Shown: positions 61,799 to 64,000 of the stretch, piece by piece
How positions within the stretch are numbered: position 1 is the first letter of the stretch
How the letters are laid out: every line of letters starts with the position of its first letter
Assembly: GCA_934141245.1 (NCBI GenBank)
Contig: CAKPCB010000002.1
Coordinates: 43,076-107,075, forward strand
Direction of reading: 5' to 3'
Source: an uncultured Bacilli bacterium
Lineage (GTDB): Bacteria; Bacillota_I; Bacilli_A; RF39; UBA660
DNA length: 64,000 bases
Notes under the pieces: generated by a model
Told to the model about the DNA's origin: nothing
Database searches by the model: none
Seen by the model: only the letters and a program-made list of their open reading frames with translations
Translations under genes and position numbers: made by a program

Positions 61799-63049
61799 CT
61801 ATATAATTTCTGCTTTTATATTACCATCTTGCAACTCAATATCTATTTTATTTCCCTTTGATAATTTATTTATACTATCTATAACTTTATTATCTTTTTT
61901 TACAATTGAATATCCTCTTTTTAAAGTTAAAAGTGGATTTAAAACTTCAAGTTTTGATAATATTTTTATATAAGAATGTTTATTAGCAATTAAAACATTA
62001 TTTATAGAAACATTAAGTGATGTTTTTATAGTATCAAGTGTATATTTATTCTTTTCAATTATGTTAGAATACCCATTAATTAATCTTTCATAAGTATTAT
62101 CAAACTTTTGTTCCTTTACTTCATATATACTAATTGGATTTCTAATAATAGGGCTATCACAGATTGAGTTTAATGATTTACTTTTTGATTTTAATATATT
62201 ATTAATACTAGTATTAATTCTAATATTAATTTGATTCAAATAATTTAATACATCATTTATATTAGGGACTGCCATTTCTGCAGCTCCAGTTGGTGTTGGT
62301 GCTCTTAAATCAGCAACAAAATCAGATATTGTAAAATCAATTTCGTGTCCAACTGCTGAAATTACTGGCACATCAAGTTTATATATTGCACGTGCTACTC
62401 CTTCATCATTAAAACACCATAAATCTTCAATTGAACCACCACCGCGGCCAATTATTAATACATCCAAATCATAATTTTTTGTAAGTTCTATATTTCTAAT
62501 TATATCATCACTTGCTTCTGCTCCTTGTACTAAACTAGGAAATAATATTGTTTTTGCAAGTGGCCATCTTCTTTTTATAGTAGATAATATATCTTTTATT
62601 GCAGCACCTGTTGGAGCGGTTATTATTCCGATAGTATTTGGAATTTTTGGTATCTTTTTCTTCTTTGATTGATCAAATAAACCTTCAACTTCCAATTTCT
62701 TTTTCAATTTTTCATATGCTATATAAAGATTACCAACACCATCTTCAATCATTTCATTTACATAGATTTGATAACTTCCACTTGCTTCATACACACTAAC
62801 TTTCCCTACTACCATTACTTTCATACCATCTTCTGGCATAAATTTTAGCTTTGATGCACTTGATGCAAACATAATCGCATTAATTCTAGTATTTTCATCT
62901 TTTATTGTAAAATACAAATGGCCTCTTGTGTGTGCTTTAAAATTTGATATTTCACCCTTTAAATAAATAGTATTTAAATTAATATCATTATCAACAATAT
63001 ATTTAATATACTTAGTAAGTTGAGTAACTGTAACATATTTATCATTCAT
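61799..63049 (-). CDS. xseA: Exodeoxyribonuclease VII large subunit
   Basis: 416 aa; N-terminal OB fold, catalytic core (GIITAPTGAAIKD..., IIGRGGGSIEDLW). Confidence 0.9.
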   Translation of the reverse strand: MNDKYVTVTQLTKYIKYIVDNDINLNTIYLKGEISNFKAHTRGHLYFTIKDENTRINAIMFASSASKLKFMPEDGMKVMVVGKVSVYEASGSYQIYVNEMIEDGVGNLYIAYEKLKKKLEVEGLFDQSKKKKIPKIPNTIGIITAPTGAAIKDILSTIKRRWPLAKTILFPSLVQGAEASDDIIRNIELTKNYDLDVLIIGRGGGSIEDLWCFNDEGVARAIYKLDVPVISAVGHEIDFTISDFVADLRAPTPTGAAEMAVPNINDVLNYLNQINIRINTSINNILKSKSKSLNSICDSPIIRNPISIYEVKEQKFDNTYERLINGYSNIIEKNKYTLDTIKTSLNVSINNVLIANKHSYIKILSKLEVLNPLLTLKRGYSIVKKDNKVIDSINKLSKGNKIDIELQDGNIKAEII

Positions 63050-63087
63050 ACTATGCCTCTCAAAAGAAAAGATTAAATAATGAATTA

Positions 63088-63489
63088 TTAATCTATTTCC
63101 TCATGATATATTTTATCTAAAGTTGCGTTAATCATTTTTGTAACTTTTTCATCACTATACTTCTTTGATAATTCTACTGCTTCATTAATCGCAACAATGC
63201 TTGGTACATCTGTGTATTTTAATTCATAAATACCTAAACTTAATATAGCTTTATCTACTTTACTTAATCTATCGATATTCCAATCAACTAAGTATTTATT
63301 TGCTAAGGAAGAAATTTCATCTTGATTCTTAATTATTCCTAATACAGTATTATTAATAAAATCATTTTCAACCTCAATTTGCTCTTTTATTAATTCAGTT
63401 ATGTCATATTTTATATTGGCAGATGACATTATATATACTTGATATAAAACCTTTATTATTATTTCTCTTGATTCACTTCTGTTCTTCAT
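63088..63489 (-). CDS. nusB: Transcription antitermination factor NusB
   Basis: 133 aa; NusB helical fold signature; upstream of xseA as in Bacillus. Confidence 0.9.
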   Translation of the reverse strand: MKNRSESREIIIKVLYQVYIMSSANIKYDITELIKEQIEVENDFINNTVLGIIKNQDEISSLANKYLVDWNIDRLSKVDKAILSLGIYELKYTDVPSIVAINEAVELSKKYSDEKVTKMINATLDKIYHEEID

Positions 63490-63574
63490 AACACTTCACC
63501 TAGAAATGATTTTATCATAAATAAAAAATAAAGTCATTAATAAACTTTATTTTTTATAATTTATAAACTAAGTA

Positions 63575-64000
63575 TTAATTATTACAACTATAATTAGTGT
63601 TAACATAATCTTTAAATTCTTTTATAAATTCAAGTGTTGTGTGGTTCAAGTACTTTTCACGATAACAAATGCTAAATTTTGTGGTTGGTGTTTTAAAATC
63701 AATTGGAATTTCAAATAGTTCACCATTTTTAAATTCTTTTTCTAGGCATTTTTTTAATCCCCATCCAATTCCAACTCCTTCTTTTGCTAATTCTTTTGCT
63801 AGGGAAATATTATAAATTCTATAATTTTTGGACAGAATCATATTTTTTCTCTTAAACATTTCCTCTAATGCATTTATATCATCATACCCTCTTTTAGGTA
63901 GTAATATTGGATACTCAATTAATTTATTATTTTTAGAAACATATTTGTTATAGCATTCCTTATTACCAAAAAAGCAATTATCTAATTCACATAATATTTC
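63575..64000 (-). CDS. LysR-family transcriptional regulator, C-terminal substrate-binding portion (N-terminus beyond window end)
   Basis: Reading frame stays open from 63859 to the window edge (checked codon by codon); LysR effector-domain-like sequence. Confidence 0.5.
   Translation of the reverse strand, partial: EILCELDNCFFGNKECYNKYVSKNNKLIEYPILLPKRGYDDINALEEMFKRKNMILSKNYRIYNISLAKELAKEGVGIGWGLKKCLEKEFKNGELFEIPIDFKTPTTKFSICYREKYLNHTTLEFIKEFKDYVNTNYSCNN

Overview
This is a very AT-rich (about 25% GC), densely packed chromosomal segment from a low-GC Firmicute. Sporulation genes (spoIVB, spoIIM-like, SpoVB-like flippase) and an (S/P)PKTG sortase B substrate suggest a Clostridia-like spore-former; I cannot name the species from sequence alone. 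The content is mostly core housekeeping:
- a comEC 3' portion
- the ybeY-dgkA-cdd-era-recO operon
- a fragmentary dcw cluster (murE-murG-murB-ftsQ) and murC
- miaA-rsmE-mtaB
- mnmA, xerD-deoB and rarA
- the heat-shock operon hrcA-grpE-dnaK-(pepF)-dnaJ with CIRCE operators
- two ABC/FtsX transporter clusters, galE, smc and priA
- rpsB-tsf and infC-rpmI-rplT with an L20-type leader
- spoIVB, xseAB, nusB and a partial LysR-family gene

No rRNA, tRNA or CRISPR arrays were found. The parts not explained by ordinary annotation are:
- an internally deleted IS200/IS605 tnpB remnant after recO, whose 5' flank carries a 57-nt patch almost identical to a segment of the smc gene 42 kb away
- a ~196-bp direct duplication of the comEC 3' end bracketing a DUF1016/PDDEXK nuclease cassette
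- a GrpE whose N-terminal region is replaced by a CxC-repeat, metallothionein-like Cys-rich module with internal DNA repeats
- an M3 oligoendopeptidase gene sitting inside the hrcA operon
- ribosomal proteins S2 and L20 that both carry C-terminal Lys/Glu-rich tails ending in a Rho_N/SAP-like motif
- a sortase B + vWA repeat adhesin pair
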